Below are positions 14,959 to 29,060 of a DNA stretch of 64,000 nt, one piece after another. Both the position numbers and the translations under genes were made by a program. The first letter of the stretch is position 1. Every line of letters begins with the position of its first letter. This stretch comes from Octopus sinensis (Eukaryota): assembly GCF_006345805.1 (NCBI RefSeq), contig NC_043011.1, positions 38,576,464 through 38,640,463 of the forward strand. The letters are read 5' to 3'. Under the pieces are notes generated by a model that made no database searches, was not told the DNA's origin, and saw only the letters and a program-made list of their open reading frames with translations.

Positions 14959-16639
14959 AACTAGTTGTCTCACGTGTTAGCCAATACAAAATATCTCAAG
15001 ACATTATTTTTATTATTATTCTGGTTCTTTATATCTATTTAATTATTTTGTTGATAACTGTTCTGTGTTACCTTCCTACACCATAAGTCTCATTTGGCAA
15101 AGTCGCAAGATTGAGACATATTGCAGTAATTTGTACTTAAATAATAATATATGATTGTGTGTCTCTCTGCTTGCATGTATGTATGTATACATATAATTAT
15201 ATTCATATATACATATATAATCACATTATATTTTTCTCTTTTTCTCTTCTTTCACTCACTTTCTTCTCTCTCGCTCACTCGATCGCTCTTTCTTTGTCTA
15301 GCTGTTTTCCTCTTCAAACTTTAAGTAAAAGAAACACTTAATTCATACACTAAATAACAAGTAGATTATCAGAAACTAGGAAAACGTTGATTGTTTGACA
15401 AAGAATATAATTAATTAAGTTTCTAAATCTCATATCTAACTGGCATTTATTTCAGCATCTGAAACTTCTCAAAAAATGCTAAGCCGATGTTTTAAATGAA
15501 ATAAATCAAGCAGGAATATTATACATTTGGTTAAAATACTTGACAAGTAATCAATAAAGTTGAATTTGTACAACGGATGAAAAAAAGAGAACGGAGTCCG
15601 AAGAGAAGAAACTAGCTTTGGTTAGCGTCCGAAAAAAAATAAGTGAAAAGTAATAGGACGTTCAATAAAATCTATAAAATATGATAAAGTACAAGAATTA
15701 TAAAGTCCAAAAATATATATGAAATCTAAGAAAAATCTTTCAAAATCATAGAATTCAAAAAATGCCTCAATTGAAACGCAACCAAAGATTGCTTCCCCAT
15801 ACAATCCAAGACACACATGAATTGCAGTGTAACACTTGCAATGGGTTGATAAATTTCATTACAATTATTTAGTTGTAAAAGGCAATTTTATTTCTGAATG
15901 ACAAGATATATTCTGTAATGCATATATAACATCACGAAATGCATCAAGTCAGCGGAAACAAGCTTATACATGACATGCAGTTACTGTTAGCAATAGCTTT
16001 AGCTGCATCCATGATTTAGAGTTGTTGCGTAACTTCTTTGGAGTTAAGAGCCTTACACTCTTGTTTTTTCCTTGTCGCATCTACCCACGAGGATCTTAGC
16101 CTTGAAACTGAATAATTCAGACGAGATAATATACGAAGAGAAAAGTCATCTAGGAGATAGATTGTGGAAGTACAAAGATAAGGAATGGTTTGAAAGCCAA
16201 GAAAGTGAGATCCATGAATGTAAAGGATGTATTAGTGAGGATTTGAATTTCGTTCGCTTTTATTACTTTCTGAAATTTGCATAAACATGACATTAAATTG
16301 ATGCTGGAAAGAAAAAAGAGGAAGATTTGAAAAAAAAGATTAGGAAATTAGAAATACTTGCTGGATTTCTTTGAGATGTTCTGTGAATAATGTTGGCAGA
16401 AAGAAGAAAATGTTTGAAATAAATCTGATTTAAATTGAGGTAGAACCAAAAAAGAAAAGTAGATATAATGAAATAGATATGCCAGATGTGTTATTCATGC
16501 TTTATTTTCTTGTTTCAGTTCGGAATTTTGTGTGTGTGTGAGTTTCTGTATTTGTATTTTCTTAATTTTTCATTACATTTCTCTTGTAAAAATCATGAAC
16601 ATCCATGTATTAAATAAAATAATATATTAATAACATTTC

Positions 16640-16860
16640 TTAACACAGGAATAGGGTGTTCTGACATTTGCTACGGGGAGGCTAGTCAATAAAATTCACC
16701 TCAGCTCTCCACTGTTACATTAATTTATTGAGTCCGAGCGGATGAAACACAAAATAATCCACAACGGAATTTCATCACTGAACGTAATGAACCGGAACAA
16801 ATACCGCTCGTCGTTTTACTCAACGTTCTAATGATTCTGTCAGTTTACCGCCTTTACGTA
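16640..16860 (-). mobile_element. SINE family A, heavily diverged
   Basis: ttaatttattgagtccgagcggatgaaac...ggaatttcatcactgaacgtaa...aaataccgct. Confidence 0.55.
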
Positions 16861-17704
16861 ACTAAATTAGGCAGAAAACCAGTTATTCTGAGGCCAGACG
16901 AGGGTGTCATTCGATTACCATGATAGATAAATGCTTATTCTACCATACAATCTCCTCGAAGAGGTCTCAGAATATAACACACTGGACGTAACTACCATCT
17001 TGGCTGTTTCTCTCGATCCACACTTTATGAAAACTAGGCAAAAGAAAATGATGAGAGCAATCATTTCACATGTTCTCGATTGTATGAATCGTCTGCAGTG
17101 ATTCTCTGGTTTCATTGTTTTCGTCTTGAATTTTCATCATAGACATCTACCCTGTACAGTACAGATAAAACTGACATATTCTTCCAAGCTGCTCTCCCCC
17201 AACCTAGGTGGACTAAATATTTTAAAAGGGTAACTTTTCTTCGCATTTTCTATATTTACTCGTTATCTATTTATTTTAATGAAACTAGTCTATGTTTTGC
17301 ACTTACAAGATGCTGTATAAACTGTGCCAGAGACAGAGAACGAACGCTTTGCTGCTCAGGCTCAGGTGGTGATAGTCGTTTCTAAGCACATGCAACTTTT
17401 GTCTTCTCTGGAAATATTATTTTCTTCAAAGCTTGAAAAGAACGAGAAAAGTATACATCTTATAATTCTTTTATAATAATTATTTAAACAATAACATAGT
17501 TTCAATAAACTGTGCCATGATTTTCTAAACTGAAAATCACGGCCAAAGAAAACCATCAAGATATAATTAGAATAATCCACCACCTATGAATCATTGGTCA
17601 TTTACGACTTTTCTCTACTGTTTTCGTCTCTGAGCTGTCGTTAGTGATTTCTACTCGGTTCGATTCACATTTTTCAAGTAACTCCTCAGTGTCCCATTTT
17701 TTTT

Positions 17705-17905
17705 TTTTTTTGGCGGGCATCCGCTCTCCTGCTTCATTTATAAGTCCCAGATCAGAGCCTGTTTTGTTATGCAGGATATTGGCTTTCTTAAGATGTGATT
17801 AATCCATCGACACTTGCGCTTCAGGATCTGTTCTTCCACTGGCACCTGATTTCTTTTTGACGCAGCTTTTCATTTCTTGTCTTTTTCGGCCATCTAAATA
17901 CATCG
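17705..17905 (-). pseudogene. RTE LINE RT C-terminal fragment
   Basis: [11 protein letters not shown] / [22 protein letters not shown] / [10 protein letters not shown]. Confidence 0.7.
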
Positions 17906-18004
17906 ATTCTATTTCCATCTCGGAAGCAAAAATAAAAAATAAAATCCACGTAAAATTCAACTTCGATAAGATTTGATCTTTGGTCCTTTGAAATTCACTC
18001 ATAG

Positions 18005-18345
18005 CGTGGCCTGTGTGGTATGAAGCTTGCTTCAGCACCTTAGGCAGGTGTTTTCTACTATAGCCACAGGTCAACCAAAGCCTTGTGAGTAGATATGATA
18101 GACGGAAACTGAAAGAAGGCGACCGTGCATGTGTGTGTGTCTTTGTGTTTTTGTTTCTCCCTATAACAGCTTGGGAATCCGTATTGGTATGCGTACATAC
18201 CAGAAACCTAAAGTTTCGGCAAAGAGAGACCGATACTATAAGTACTAGGCTAGAAAATATATGTCCTGAGGTTGATTTCTTCGACAAAACCTCTTCAAAC
18301 GCTGCTCCAGCATGGCCGCAATCAAATAACTGAAACAAGTAAAAG
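18005..18345 (+). mobile_element. SINE family B, diverged
   Basis: caccttaggcaggtgttttctactatagcc...gacggaaactgaaagaagg...ctccagcatggccgcaatcaaataactgaaacaagtaaaag. Confidence 0.8.
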
Positions 18346-18708
18346 GTAACAGATAAAAGATATGCTTCGATTTTTTTAATTCAGATTTAAAAAATCGATC
18401 CTAAAGAGTAAGGTGCCCTAAACGATGTTACAAGTGAATAGACGTGTATGTATGCGTCATATAAAAATTTCACCTGGTGATCATCTGCATTTTATAAGCT
18501 TTATGTTCTCACTAATCATTATTATTAGCGATTTTAATAATGTTTTCGGATTTATGTATCGTATGTCAAGATTGAGATTCAGATATATAAAACAAAATAC
18601 GTGAATATCACACACATACACACACAAACACACACACGTATATGTAGTTATAAATTTACATATTTACGCAAAAGTTTATCAATATATATGTATATGTATA
18701 TATATATG

Positions 18709-18739
<31 letters not shown>

Positions 18740-19014
18740 TATGATTGTCATTCTTTTTCAATGCTAAACGGATACAAGTTAAATCTCTAGTTAGGTATTA
18801 AGTTACTAAATAAATGCTATATGAAACGAGTGACGCAGACAGAAAGACGTATGTGATATATGGATGTGTATATATACACATATATACATATACACGCACA
18901 CACACCACACATATATATATATTCATAAGTATATGTATATGCATTTGCATCTGTCATTATATGCTTTTATACATAATTAAATGCATTAACATTTATATAA
19001 CATACATGTATATG

Positions 19015-19066
<52 letters not shown>

Positions 19067-19614
19067 TAACCACATATATATATAGAGAGAGAGATAGAGG
19101 GAGGGAGAGAGGGTAAAAGAGAGAGAGTGTGTGATTAGCAAAGACTTCAGGACGAAAGAATATGATTGGCCATAAGATATTTTGATATCTATCAAAACAC
19201 TAGTATTTTACATTTACATTTTAATGTTTGCCTATTTATATGTAATCAATATTAATTTACAATAAATTGATATAAATACGATTCTTTACAAATGTCTGTA
19301 CTTTCTTTCGCATTCTTTCTCTTACCGTTTTCCCCTTTAATTCCATCTCTCTATGTTTTTCCCGCATCACCAAGCTTCGTTCTGTATTTTTCCCCCTACA
19401 TCATTTTATAGCTGATTCTTGTTTTCTAAATACTTCGTATTCATTTTCCACCCACAATTTTAAAATTATATCTCATTTTACCCAAAGTTGCAATACATTA
19501 TTCTTATTTCTATAAATTAAAAAAAAAATTCACTTTCTTAAATTTTATTAATAAGGATTTTTCGATTTCTTTTTGAAAATAAAATTATACTTTCTTCTTT
19601 TTTTGCTCTTTTAC

Positions 19615-19660
19615 TATCATCATCATCATCATCATTATCATTATTATTAATATCATTATT

Positions 19661-19733
<73 letters not shown>

Positions 19734-19865
19734 TATTATTATTATTATTATATTATTATTATTATTATTATATTATTATATTATTATATTAATATTATTA
19801 TTATATTATTATTATTATTATCATTATTATTATATTATTATTATTATTATTTATTATTATTACTA
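19615..19865. repeat. (ATC)n/(ATT)n compound microsatellite
   Basis: Direct reading. Confidence 0.95.
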
Positions 19866-21404
19866 TTGCTTACGTAATCTCTTTAGTTCTTTCTTCTTTT
19901 ATTATTCTAGTTATTAAGATTTATTAAACAGTTTTTCCTTTTCATATAAATTCAAGAATATTTCTTGCTACATACATTCCTATACAATTAAATTATATTA
20001 ATATTTCGATTCTCATACTCATTCAACAACAACAAAAACCAAACAAGCAAGACTTCATTGTGTTGTCTTAATCTTTACTATTCATATTTGCTTTTATTTT
20101 CCATCCCTTTACTTCCCAGGCTTTTCAAACCGCTCGTTCACCAAGAGATTGTCTGACTTTTATTTCGTTTGTCATTTCTACATATATATATTCTCTCCCT
20201 CTCTTTCATTCACTCTCTCTCTCTCTCTATTTCTTTCTTTCTTCTCTCCTTTCTCTTTCTCCATTGCTTACGATTAATTTCTTCTTATCAACATACCCAG
20301 CATTCATTCATTGTATGTGAAGTTTCACTGACGACAGAATGGTCTCTCCGCTTGCATAGCAGCCTATATATTTCCCTCGACACAGTGATTATTGGATTAC
20401 AAAATCAAGTTCATGGTTCCGAAGTCAAAACAAAGTAAATTTACTTTTTCTCTAACCATATCAAGAAATATTATTCTGCCTACCTCAAACTGAAAACACG
20501 TACAGTTACATAACTAACACACTGAATTACTAAACAATAGTCTAAACATTAGGTTGTTTCTGTAGGCCAATCACACTCACTAGCTTGCTTCTAATTAAAC
20601 ATAGGTCCTAATCTCAATCATGTTTATATGGTTATTATAATGCCTGTTGTTGTTTATTCTGATATTGCCCCTCTCATCAACCTGATTCACAATAAGAACA
20701 AATGGTATAGGCGTGATCAACATCGAGTGTGTTTATAGTATTTAGATGCGAAATAAAAATGCATCGCAAACAACGTTAAACAGACTGGATCTACGTAAGC
20801 TTTCAACGATGGTAATTTCAGCTGTTCGAATAATTGAATTACCAACTCAGTGACTTCGATCCTATTCTCGCACGCACACACACACACACACACACACCAC
20901 ACACACACACATACACACACATAAATATATCATACGTCTATCAAAAATGGTTCCAAGGTCCTTCTCGGGATACCTATATCATACCTGTATCAAAAATAGA
21001 TCAAATATACTTCTCGGGTTGTAGGCTCTCAACAGGCTGGTTTTTCCGGATTCTGTGGCGTATTTATTCCCCCTCCCCATACATTTCTCACATTCGGCAA
21101 AGTATTACTAGAAGGCCAAAGAAGTCAACACATAAATTGGCGCAGCAGTCTCACTTAAGCAAGAGGTCGAACCAACGGGTCTTGAAGTGTCTAAAGTTGA
21201 AGCCATATCATTTCACATGTATGCAGCAAATAGGAAAGGATGACAAGAGCAAAAGAGTAATTTACTGCTGAAGACTTATGAACAGCAGTTACAAGCAGTC
21301 GAAATAACACTTGCAAAGGAAACGCTGAGTGTTTATTGTGTGTACACTATTACGTATTTATGTTTTGCTACGGAACTCGGTATGCTTTTTCGTGCGCCAT
21401 TCAG

Positions 21405-21444
<40 letters not shown>

Positions 21445-21522
21445 GGAGAGACAAACAGACAGACAGACAGAGAGGTGGCTGAACAGTTGAGTGACAAGTA
21501 TAATCTATTTGACAATTTCTAA

Positions 21523-21752
21523 GGCGGCGAGCTGGCAGAAACGTTAGCACGCCGGGCGAAATGCTTAGCGATATTTCGTCTGCGTTACGTTGTGAGTTCA
21601 AATTCCGCCGAGGTCGACTTTGCCTTTCATCCTTTCGGGGTCGATAAATTAAGTACCAGTTACGCACTGGGTCGATGTAATCGACTTAATACCTATGTCT
21701 GTCCTTGTTTGTCCCCTCTGTGTTTAGCCCCTTGTGGGTAATAAAGAAATAG
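21523..21752 (+). mobile_element. SINE family A, near full length
   Basis: tRNA-like head with A/B-box-like motifs (gagttcaaattcc), conserved centre, tail cccttgtgggtaataaagaaatagg. Confidence 0.92.
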
Positions 21753-21920
21753 GTATTTCGTCTGTCATTACGTCCTGAGTTCAAATTCCGCCGAAGTCGA
21801 CTTTGCCTTTCATTCTTTCGCAGTCGATAAATTAAGTACTAGTTGCGTACTAGGGTCGATGTAATCGACTGGCCCCACCACCCCAAAAATTTCGGGCCTT
21901 GTGCCTAAAATAGAAAAGAA
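21753..21920 (+). mobile_element. SINE family A, 5'-truncated tandem copy with alternative tail
   Basis: tatttcgtctg..ctgagttcaaattccgccgaagtcgac...aaatttcgggccttgtgcctaaaatagaaaag. Confidence 0.85.
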
Positions 21921-22819
21921 TATTCAGCACAGTTTCTATCTGCTTAGTCTAAATCACAAGGATTGGATCCACCCGGGGTAACGGTAAAAATCACTCGCCC
22001 ATGTCGATGCACAATGGACTCGAACTTAAAACCCCTTGTTTGTGAAGGAAACGTACTCTCAACCATTCAGCCACGTTACGTTTGCTGTTTGAAATTACCG
22101 GAGTTTAACAGTGTAGTTATATTCACTCTACAGGCGATTTTATTGTTAAAGTGAAAGTGGAATCTGAAGGAGATTCGGTTCATTGCTTCAATCAAATTGA
22201 GAGATAACATGAAAATAAACCCCTTCCAGTTGTTAGTGCTAAGATGTCCTCAGACCACATGACACCGATTAGCTTTTACTCTTCTTGCTCAGCTTGCTAA
22301 TACCACTTAGAGGAGAGCATTAGTCGATACCACAGTACTTGACTGGTACTTCCTTTTATCGAATACCTCTTTAATAAAATAGCCATGTACATGGCGGCGA
22401 GCTGGCAGAATCGTTAGTACGCTGGGCGAAAGGCTTAGCGGTGTTTCGTCTGCCACTGTTTATTGGCACTCGCAGCACAACTATTCTTCCGTTACGCACT
22501 TCAGAATTCTTCTGCAAATAGTTCCAACAGTAGTTAAAAACTTCCAAAATTTGCCTCAAATATTACAGACGTGTTATGTTTCGCCAAATCAACCACCACC
22601 ACTATCTTCCTTGGGATAAATTTAGAAGTAATGGACATGGGGCTGAAATATTGAATTTTATTGCCCCGCCTACCGAATGTCATTGTAGACTTCGGAGAAA
22701 CTTGAACTCAGAAAATGAAGATTTAGAACAAATGCTACATAGCTTTTTCTTTTTTTCTTTTATTTCAAGGTTCTTACGATTCTGTCAAGTTCCATACGGA
22801 ATATAAATTTATTGATAAA

Positions 22820-23205
22820 CTAGCAGTATCGCCCGGCGTTGCTCAGGTTTGTAAGGGAAATAACTATAAAGCATTTTTAGAGAGTTATAGCCAAAAAATA
22901 GCAAAAAAATGGGAAAAAAATGATGGTAAATTTTTTTGAGAGTTAAAAAGGTGGAGTTGCGTCCCCTAGACGGTCTGTGGTTTGGGTTTCTGATTCTCGA
23001 CCCCATGTCGAATTTATCGATTTTTTTCAGAACTGGGGGAACTTTTCAAAATTTTCGCTGCGTTAGTTTTGAATTATGACATTGGGCTATGTGTGTGTCA
23101 AGTTTCATCAGAATCGGTTGAAAGCCGTGGTCAGAGTGAGGATACGAGAAAACAGACACACAGAAAACGCACAGACAAACTGCCGTTTATATAGAGAGAG
23201 ATACA
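22820..23205 (+). mobile_element. DINE-1/Helentron-like (Lep1-like layout) non-autonomous element
   Basis: 5' actagcagtatcgcccggcgttgctc; aagtttcatcagaatcggttg; (acag)-rich tail; ends tttatatagagagagat. Confidence 0.65.
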
Positions 23206-23329
23206 AAAACAAATGACAAACTAACAGACAGACAGACAGTTCTCACACGCAGCATTTTTTCTTCCTGCTGTCTTCGTGATATATTGAATGAATAAATAAT
23301 TAGATAATTGAATAGGAAATGAGACCTCA

Positions 23330-23699
23330 GCATGACTGTGAGTATAAGAAATTCACCTCATAACCATTTGCTTTCGGGTTCAATTCTACTGTGCGCTACT
23401 TTGGGCAAGTATTTCCATAATACCGATACGATATTTCGTGAGTGCATTTGGTAGACGGAAAAAAAGGTGTAAGGAAGCCATTTGTGTAAACATGTAAGTG
23501 TATTTCTTTGTGCGTTTGTGCTTTCTTCTACCCGCCTCACCACTTTACAAACGGTGATGGTTTGTTTACGTCTCTCAATCACTCTGTAAAACACGCCGAT
23601 AATGAAAGTACCAAGCTTAAAAATAAGTATATGGGTTAATTTGCTCGACTAAACTCTTTGAGGTGGTACCCCAGCAACCTCCAGCAAGCCACAAAAGAT

Positions 23700-23700
<1 letters not shown>
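23330..23700. mobile_element. SINE family B fragments in opposite orientations
   Basis: ttgggcaagtattt...gatttggtagacgg, and tail gatttgctcgactaaactctttgaggtggtacccca. Confidence 0.6.
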
Positions 23701-23754
<54 letters not shown>

Positions 23755-23838
23755 TATATACATATATACACACACACACAATATATATATATATATACAT
23801 ATATATACATACATATATATACATACACATACTACATA

Positions 23839-23915
<77 letters not shown>

Positions 23916-23975
23916 TTTTTTTAGAAAAACATAAATCTGGAGAAGCACACTCTAAGTAGTAGAGCAATCTATATT

Positions 23976-24199
23976 TATTCCTGGTGAAGCCCGGTTTATA
24001 GGGTTACCCTGGGTTTCTCATTATAAAGTGTACCTCAGACCTGTTGGCCTATGGCCTCTTTAAAATATGAAGGTGGAAACCGCCATATTTTTAAAAGGCC
24101 ATAGGCCAACAGGTCTTAGTGTCTGAAGATACACCATAAAGGTACCCTTTATGACGAGAAACCCAGAGTAACCCTATAAACTGTCTTTCATCCGTAATA
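23976..24199. mobile_element. Fold-back mini-element carrying a hammerhead-like motif
   Basis: Left and right arms are reverse complements around aaaatatgaaggtggaaaccgccatatttt; right arm has CTGAAGA 24123-29, an 8-bp stem II, GAAAC 24158-62 and GTA 24168-70. Confidence 0.8.
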
Positions 24200-24204
24200 T
24201 ATAT

Positions 24205-24425
24205 ATATAGTTAATCCAAACAAGAAAACACACAAACAAACACAGCAACGCGAGGACGTGGAACAAATAAAGTATTATTAGACGCTCAGAAAAGAAGGGA
24301 AGAAGGAGGATTTAACGTTTCGAGCGGAGCTCTTCGTCGGAAACAAAGGAGAAGGAAAGATCCCGAGAAGGGAAGACAGAGGAAAAAAATTGCTGGCGGT
24401 GCTCACGAGGTCACATGTTGAAAGA
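24205..24425 (-). mobile_element. PLE-like pseudo-LTR fragment with hammerhead-like motif at 24311-24344
   Basis: Minus strand TTT-CCGACGA-A-GAGC tcc GCTC-GAAAC-GTT-AAA. Confidence 0.5.
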
Positions 24426-24426
24426 C

Positions 24427-24470
<44 letters not shown>

Positions 24471-24471
24471 A

Positions 24472-24692
24472 TACGAAGGGGTGCTGAAAAGTTCATGGTT
24501 TTCGGTAGAAGAAAATGGAGGAAGATCAATTAATTATGATTTTATTCAAGATATTCCCTTCTCCGATTAACACACATACAACAGCGGTCCTTCAGGTTTT
24601 CTAATCCTGTTTTAAAAACTCGGAAGTTTCGCCCTCTATCTATACCTTTCACGACACCCTTAATGCCTGGAACTTTCCAACCCCTTTCTAAT
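24472..24692. mobile_element. mariner-type MITE, diverged TIRs
   Basis: tacgaaggggtgctgaaaagttcatgg at left versus cctggaactttccaacccctttcta at right. Confidence 0.45.
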
Positions 24693-24727
24693 GTATATAC
24701 AAATAAATAAATAAATAAATAAATAAA

Positions 24728-24972
24728 TGCGCCCTTTTTAAAGCCTAGCCAGTCTCATGGGTCCAGTTTCCCGGTTTCTATGGCATATGTGTTCCCCAGC
24801 TGGACGGGACGCCAGTCCATCGCAGCGTTACTCATTTTTGCCAGCTTAGTGGACTGGAGTAACGTGAAATGAAGTGTTTTGCTCAAGAACACAACGCGTC
24901 GCCCGGTCCATAATCGAAACCACAATCTTACGATCATGATGCTGACACCCTAACACTAAGCCATGCTCCTCC
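24728..24972 (-). mobile_element. tRNA-derived SINE, family C (CORE-like centre)
   Basis: ggcttagtgttagggtgtcagc...gttcttgagcaaaacacttcatttcacgttactccagtccac. Confidence 0.85.
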
Positions 24973-24974
24973 AC

Positions 24975-25009
<35 letters not shown>

Positions 25010-25013
25010 AGAC

Positions 25014-25078
<65 letters not shown>

Positions 25079-25084
25079 CAGACA

Positions 25085-25280
25085 GACAGAGTGAAAGTCT
25101 CTGTGTTTGTCTCCCCACTGCTTGATCACAGGGGGTTAGTTTGTCTACGTCCTTGTAAATTAGTGGCTCAGCAAGGGAAACCGATAGAATAAGTACCCAG
25201 AATAGAAAAGAAATACTGGGGTCGATTTCTTCGACTAAATCCTTGAAACCGGAGCCCCAGCTTAGCCGCGGTCCAACGAA
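25085..25280 (+). mobile_element. SINE family B, 3' half
   Basis: tgtttgtctccccactgcttg...ccgatagaataagtac...ggggtcgatttcttcgact. Confidence 0.8.
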
Positions 25281-25734
25281 TAAAACAAGTAAAAAAAAAA
25301 AACGAAAATATATATCGATTATTATCACAAACAACAACATTCTTTTTAATATGAATAAATTAGGAATTTATATTCAAAACAAGAAGAAACAAAAGTATGA
25401 ATTTGTATTTAACGGAGGACCATCGACAATGCAAAGAATCTCTCGATATTTCATTATGCGAATCTAAATTACTATTATTTTCAATACATTATTTTTTTTT
25501 TCTATTACTGTTACCCATTCAAATAGGATGCTTTCACTTGGGACCTATGCTGCTAAGAGCTGTTTTTCTCATTGTCACTTTATAGCTCACACCTAGTTTC
25601 TCTCTACTAACAATGAAAAATAATAGCTCGGCGTCTATTAATCACCATCATTCTTTTCCATTGCATTCTCAAACTTGCCACTGGACATCCACATTTGTCT
25701 TTATTATCTCCCTTGTCTTTCGTTGTTGCTGTTG

Positions 25735-25766
<32 letters not shown>

Positions 25767-26015
25767 GGTGGTGGTGGTGATGGAGTTACTGCTGAGGTTG
25801 TTGTTATGTTTTTATTTTTATTTTGTTATATTTTGTTTGTTTTATAAATAACTTTCTCATTTGTACTCATGTGTCTCTTATTTTCATTTTTTTCTTTCTT
25901 GTTTTGTTTTTTTGTTTTTTTTCCCTCTTAGTTTGTTCTTTTGTTATTCCATTCTTTCAATGGCATCTAAGATGTCGAACCAACTACAGAAGATGGAATA
26001 TTGTATTAGGAAGAG

Positions 26016-26061
<46 letters not shown>

Positions 26062-26224
26062 CGCATAAATTGAATATATCATTTTTTAGAGAGAGAGAGA
26101 GAGAGAGAAACAGACAGAGCGGCAGACGAAGAGGCAGGCAGGCAGAGAAAATGATAAAGAAAAGCAGAGCAAGACATCTTTTCTGTGTAAGTGGGAACAT
26201 GCATGTGTGTATACATACATACAC

Positions 26225-26304
<80 letters not shown>

Positions 26305-28344
26305 TATATATATATATATATATGTATATACATGCTTCTACGCCTATGTGTATGTGTCTGTGTGTCTTTAGAGTGTTGCGAAAGGATTGATGGTGGGTTT
26401 AATGAATTTCATGAAATTCAATAGCCTCGTTCAGCAACCACCAAATTCTGCAAAAATAATTCAGTATTTTAGCAAACAAAACCAACCAACAAACAAACAA
26501 AAAAAAGAACCATGCAAAGACAAATATAATAAACATAAATAAGGAATACTCAAATAGCTGTTGCTCTTGATACATTCTGATATGATTATCGTGAATAATG
26601 ACAAATGATGACAGCGAAAACGAAAAAAGAAACAAAATAGACAAAATAAAACAATAAATTATATTTACCATAATTGGATTATATATTTTATTCTGTGGTA
26701 GTTCAGCTCGGTCATGGAGCTAGAAAAGCTCAGGGGGGATATGAGACTGCGAGGAGGATTAAATCCAGAATACTTCCTATTATTCAGATCTCAATTATGT
26801 GAGAGCAGATTATTAAGAGATGAGAATATTTTCTATGCACTTTCTGTCCATTGTTACTTTTTCTAATAGTCGTATTTTTTTCTGGTTAGACACAAGCAAT
26901 ACGATGGATATTATTACATCTTGTTGTATATTTTCATTTCCGATGAATTCAATTTGACCATGATATGCAGTGAGGGTCAGATATTGTCAGTAACATACGC
27001 AGTAACTTTCAAATACCTGTTTTACTCTTGTTCTTGTTTACTACCCTAGGACAACTCTCATTGAACAGATCCTTGTTCAAATCTGTGATCAGAGATAATG
27101 TTCATAGCTAACCCGTTCTTCTTTTCACGAATACAGTCATGACCCTTTCGTCTATCCTCTCAAATATCGTCTGTTTAGAACAGTTACAGGCAAACTACAA
27201 TCCACGGAACGCCAAGAATAAATTACCTCGATTTAATTTAGCAATGCGGCTCATTTAATGATGAGCCATATCCCATACGGCCCACTTCTCTAAGAGATTG
27301 CCTATACCTCGTTCAGGACAATATCAGTCACTAATGTCCTTATGTGGAAGATTTGCCTGTTGCTTGTAGCTTGTCGAACGACTTGGTACATGTTTCCTCG
27401 AGTAACATATATTAATGTTTAAAGTATATCGGTAATATAGAAAAAGAACGTTTCGGGTTTAAACTATTTATCAAGTTAGAATAGAATGAATTTAAGCTAA
27501 ATAAATTTTAAGGGAAATAAACACTTATGTGCTGAGGAACCTGCTGTACTCTGACTCTAAACGTCTTAGTCAGAGTTACATCAGGCAGTAAGTTAGACCT
27601 GTAGCTTTATGTGTCCTCTTTCATCACAACACCAGCGCTACCCAGCACCACCAACGAGGCTTCGGTGCAACAAATAATACAAACTTATTTTTGTCAACCG
27701 CATCGCTTTATCTTATTGAACATAATTTCATCACAGTAGAAGACACGACATTCGTCTCCTCTCATGCACCACACATAGTGACTCCCTTATAATGGAGCTT
27801 CTGACAGTCTCTCTAATAAGTATTTTGCTTCCCTTGCCCCTAGAATCTCACTTGGTTGCAAATATATGAAGTTAATGCTTTGATGACATCACCACGCCAA
27901 GGTAAAGTGGATAAATTCATGCAAGACTCAAAGAAAATATTTAGTATCCGGTTTTACATGTTGCTATAATTTGATGCATTGTACTTTGGAAACAAAATGG
28001 AAATAAATTTTAAAACATTTTAAAATCTTATCTGTTGCTACCATTCTATTGTTAATATATTTTTGCTGTCGTCGTCGTTGTTATTGTTCTTGGAAACGGT
28101 AGTGACAGTGGTCGTAGTGGTGGTGGTCATCCCTATATTATCGAAGACATTCGAGTTATGATTCGGATACAGTGCACCTACAGCCAAATTAGAGTGACAT
28201 TTGGGAAAGATTTAAGTAATTTTTCCAGCTAGTTGTATGATCATGTAGCGGTCTCCTCATATTACTCTCATCTACAAGGCTAGTGATGCATGAAAATGTG
28301 ATTCTTCGTTTAGAAATAAAAGTATATTCTAAGACTTTCTGAAA

Positions 28345-28570
28345 ACGCGTGGCCTCATCGTTAGGGTGATTGCATTCACGATCGCAGATTTCGGTTTCGA
28401 TTTCTGTAACTGTCGTACGTTGTATCATTTCACGTTACTGCAGTCCAAGCAGTTTTAAAAGAATAACCCATTGATAGACTGGCTTCCAATGCAGGGGTAA
28501 TATTGTGACCTTGGTCCCTTATACACCATAGAAAATAGATAGCCAGCCCTGTGAGTCCTTGGACACTGTA
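28345..28570 (+). mobile_element. SINE family C, diverged
   Basis: gcgtggcctcatcgttagggtg...ggtttcgattt...catttcacgttactgcagtcca. Confidence 0.55.
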
Positions 28571-28649
28571 CATATCGAATTTTATAAATCTTATTAAAGA
28601 AAACAAATCAAAGAAACCGAAATGTTTTAAATAAATTATATACATTCCC

Positions 28650-29060
28650 CTATTCTTTTACTCTTTCACTCTTTTATCTGTTTCAGTCATTTGACTGTGG
28701 CCATGCTGGAGCACCGCCTTTAGTCGAGCAAATCAACCCCAGGACTTATTCTTAGTAAGCCTAGTACTTATTCTATCGGTCTCTTTTGCCGAACCGCTAA
28801 GTTACGGGGACGCAAACACACCAGCATCCATTGTCAAGTGATGTTGGGGGGAGAAACACAGACACAAACACACACACATATATATACATATGTACGACGG
28901 GCTTCTTTCAGTTTCCGTCTACCAAATCCACTCACAAGGCTTTGGTCGGCCCGAGGCTATAGTAGAAGACATTTGCCCAAGGTGCCACGTAGTGGGACTG
29001 AACCCGGAACCTTGTGGTTGGTAAGCAAGCTACTTACCCCACAGCCACTCCTGCGCCCTA
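28650..29060 (-). mobile_element. SINE family B, full length
   Basis: Matches 41498-41915 in reverse; tRNA-like head ggagtggctgtg..ggttccgggttcagtccc. Confidence 0.93.

Noticed and set aside
16915-17115. 66-aa minus ORF with a signal-peptide-like stretch (MIALIIFFCLVFIKCG)
   Set aside because: No recognisable domain, weak splice signals, and a length compatible with chance
26737-26760. MRLRGG resembling the ubiquitin C-terminus
   Set aside because: No upstream ubiquitin fold sequence; a five-residue match is expected by chance
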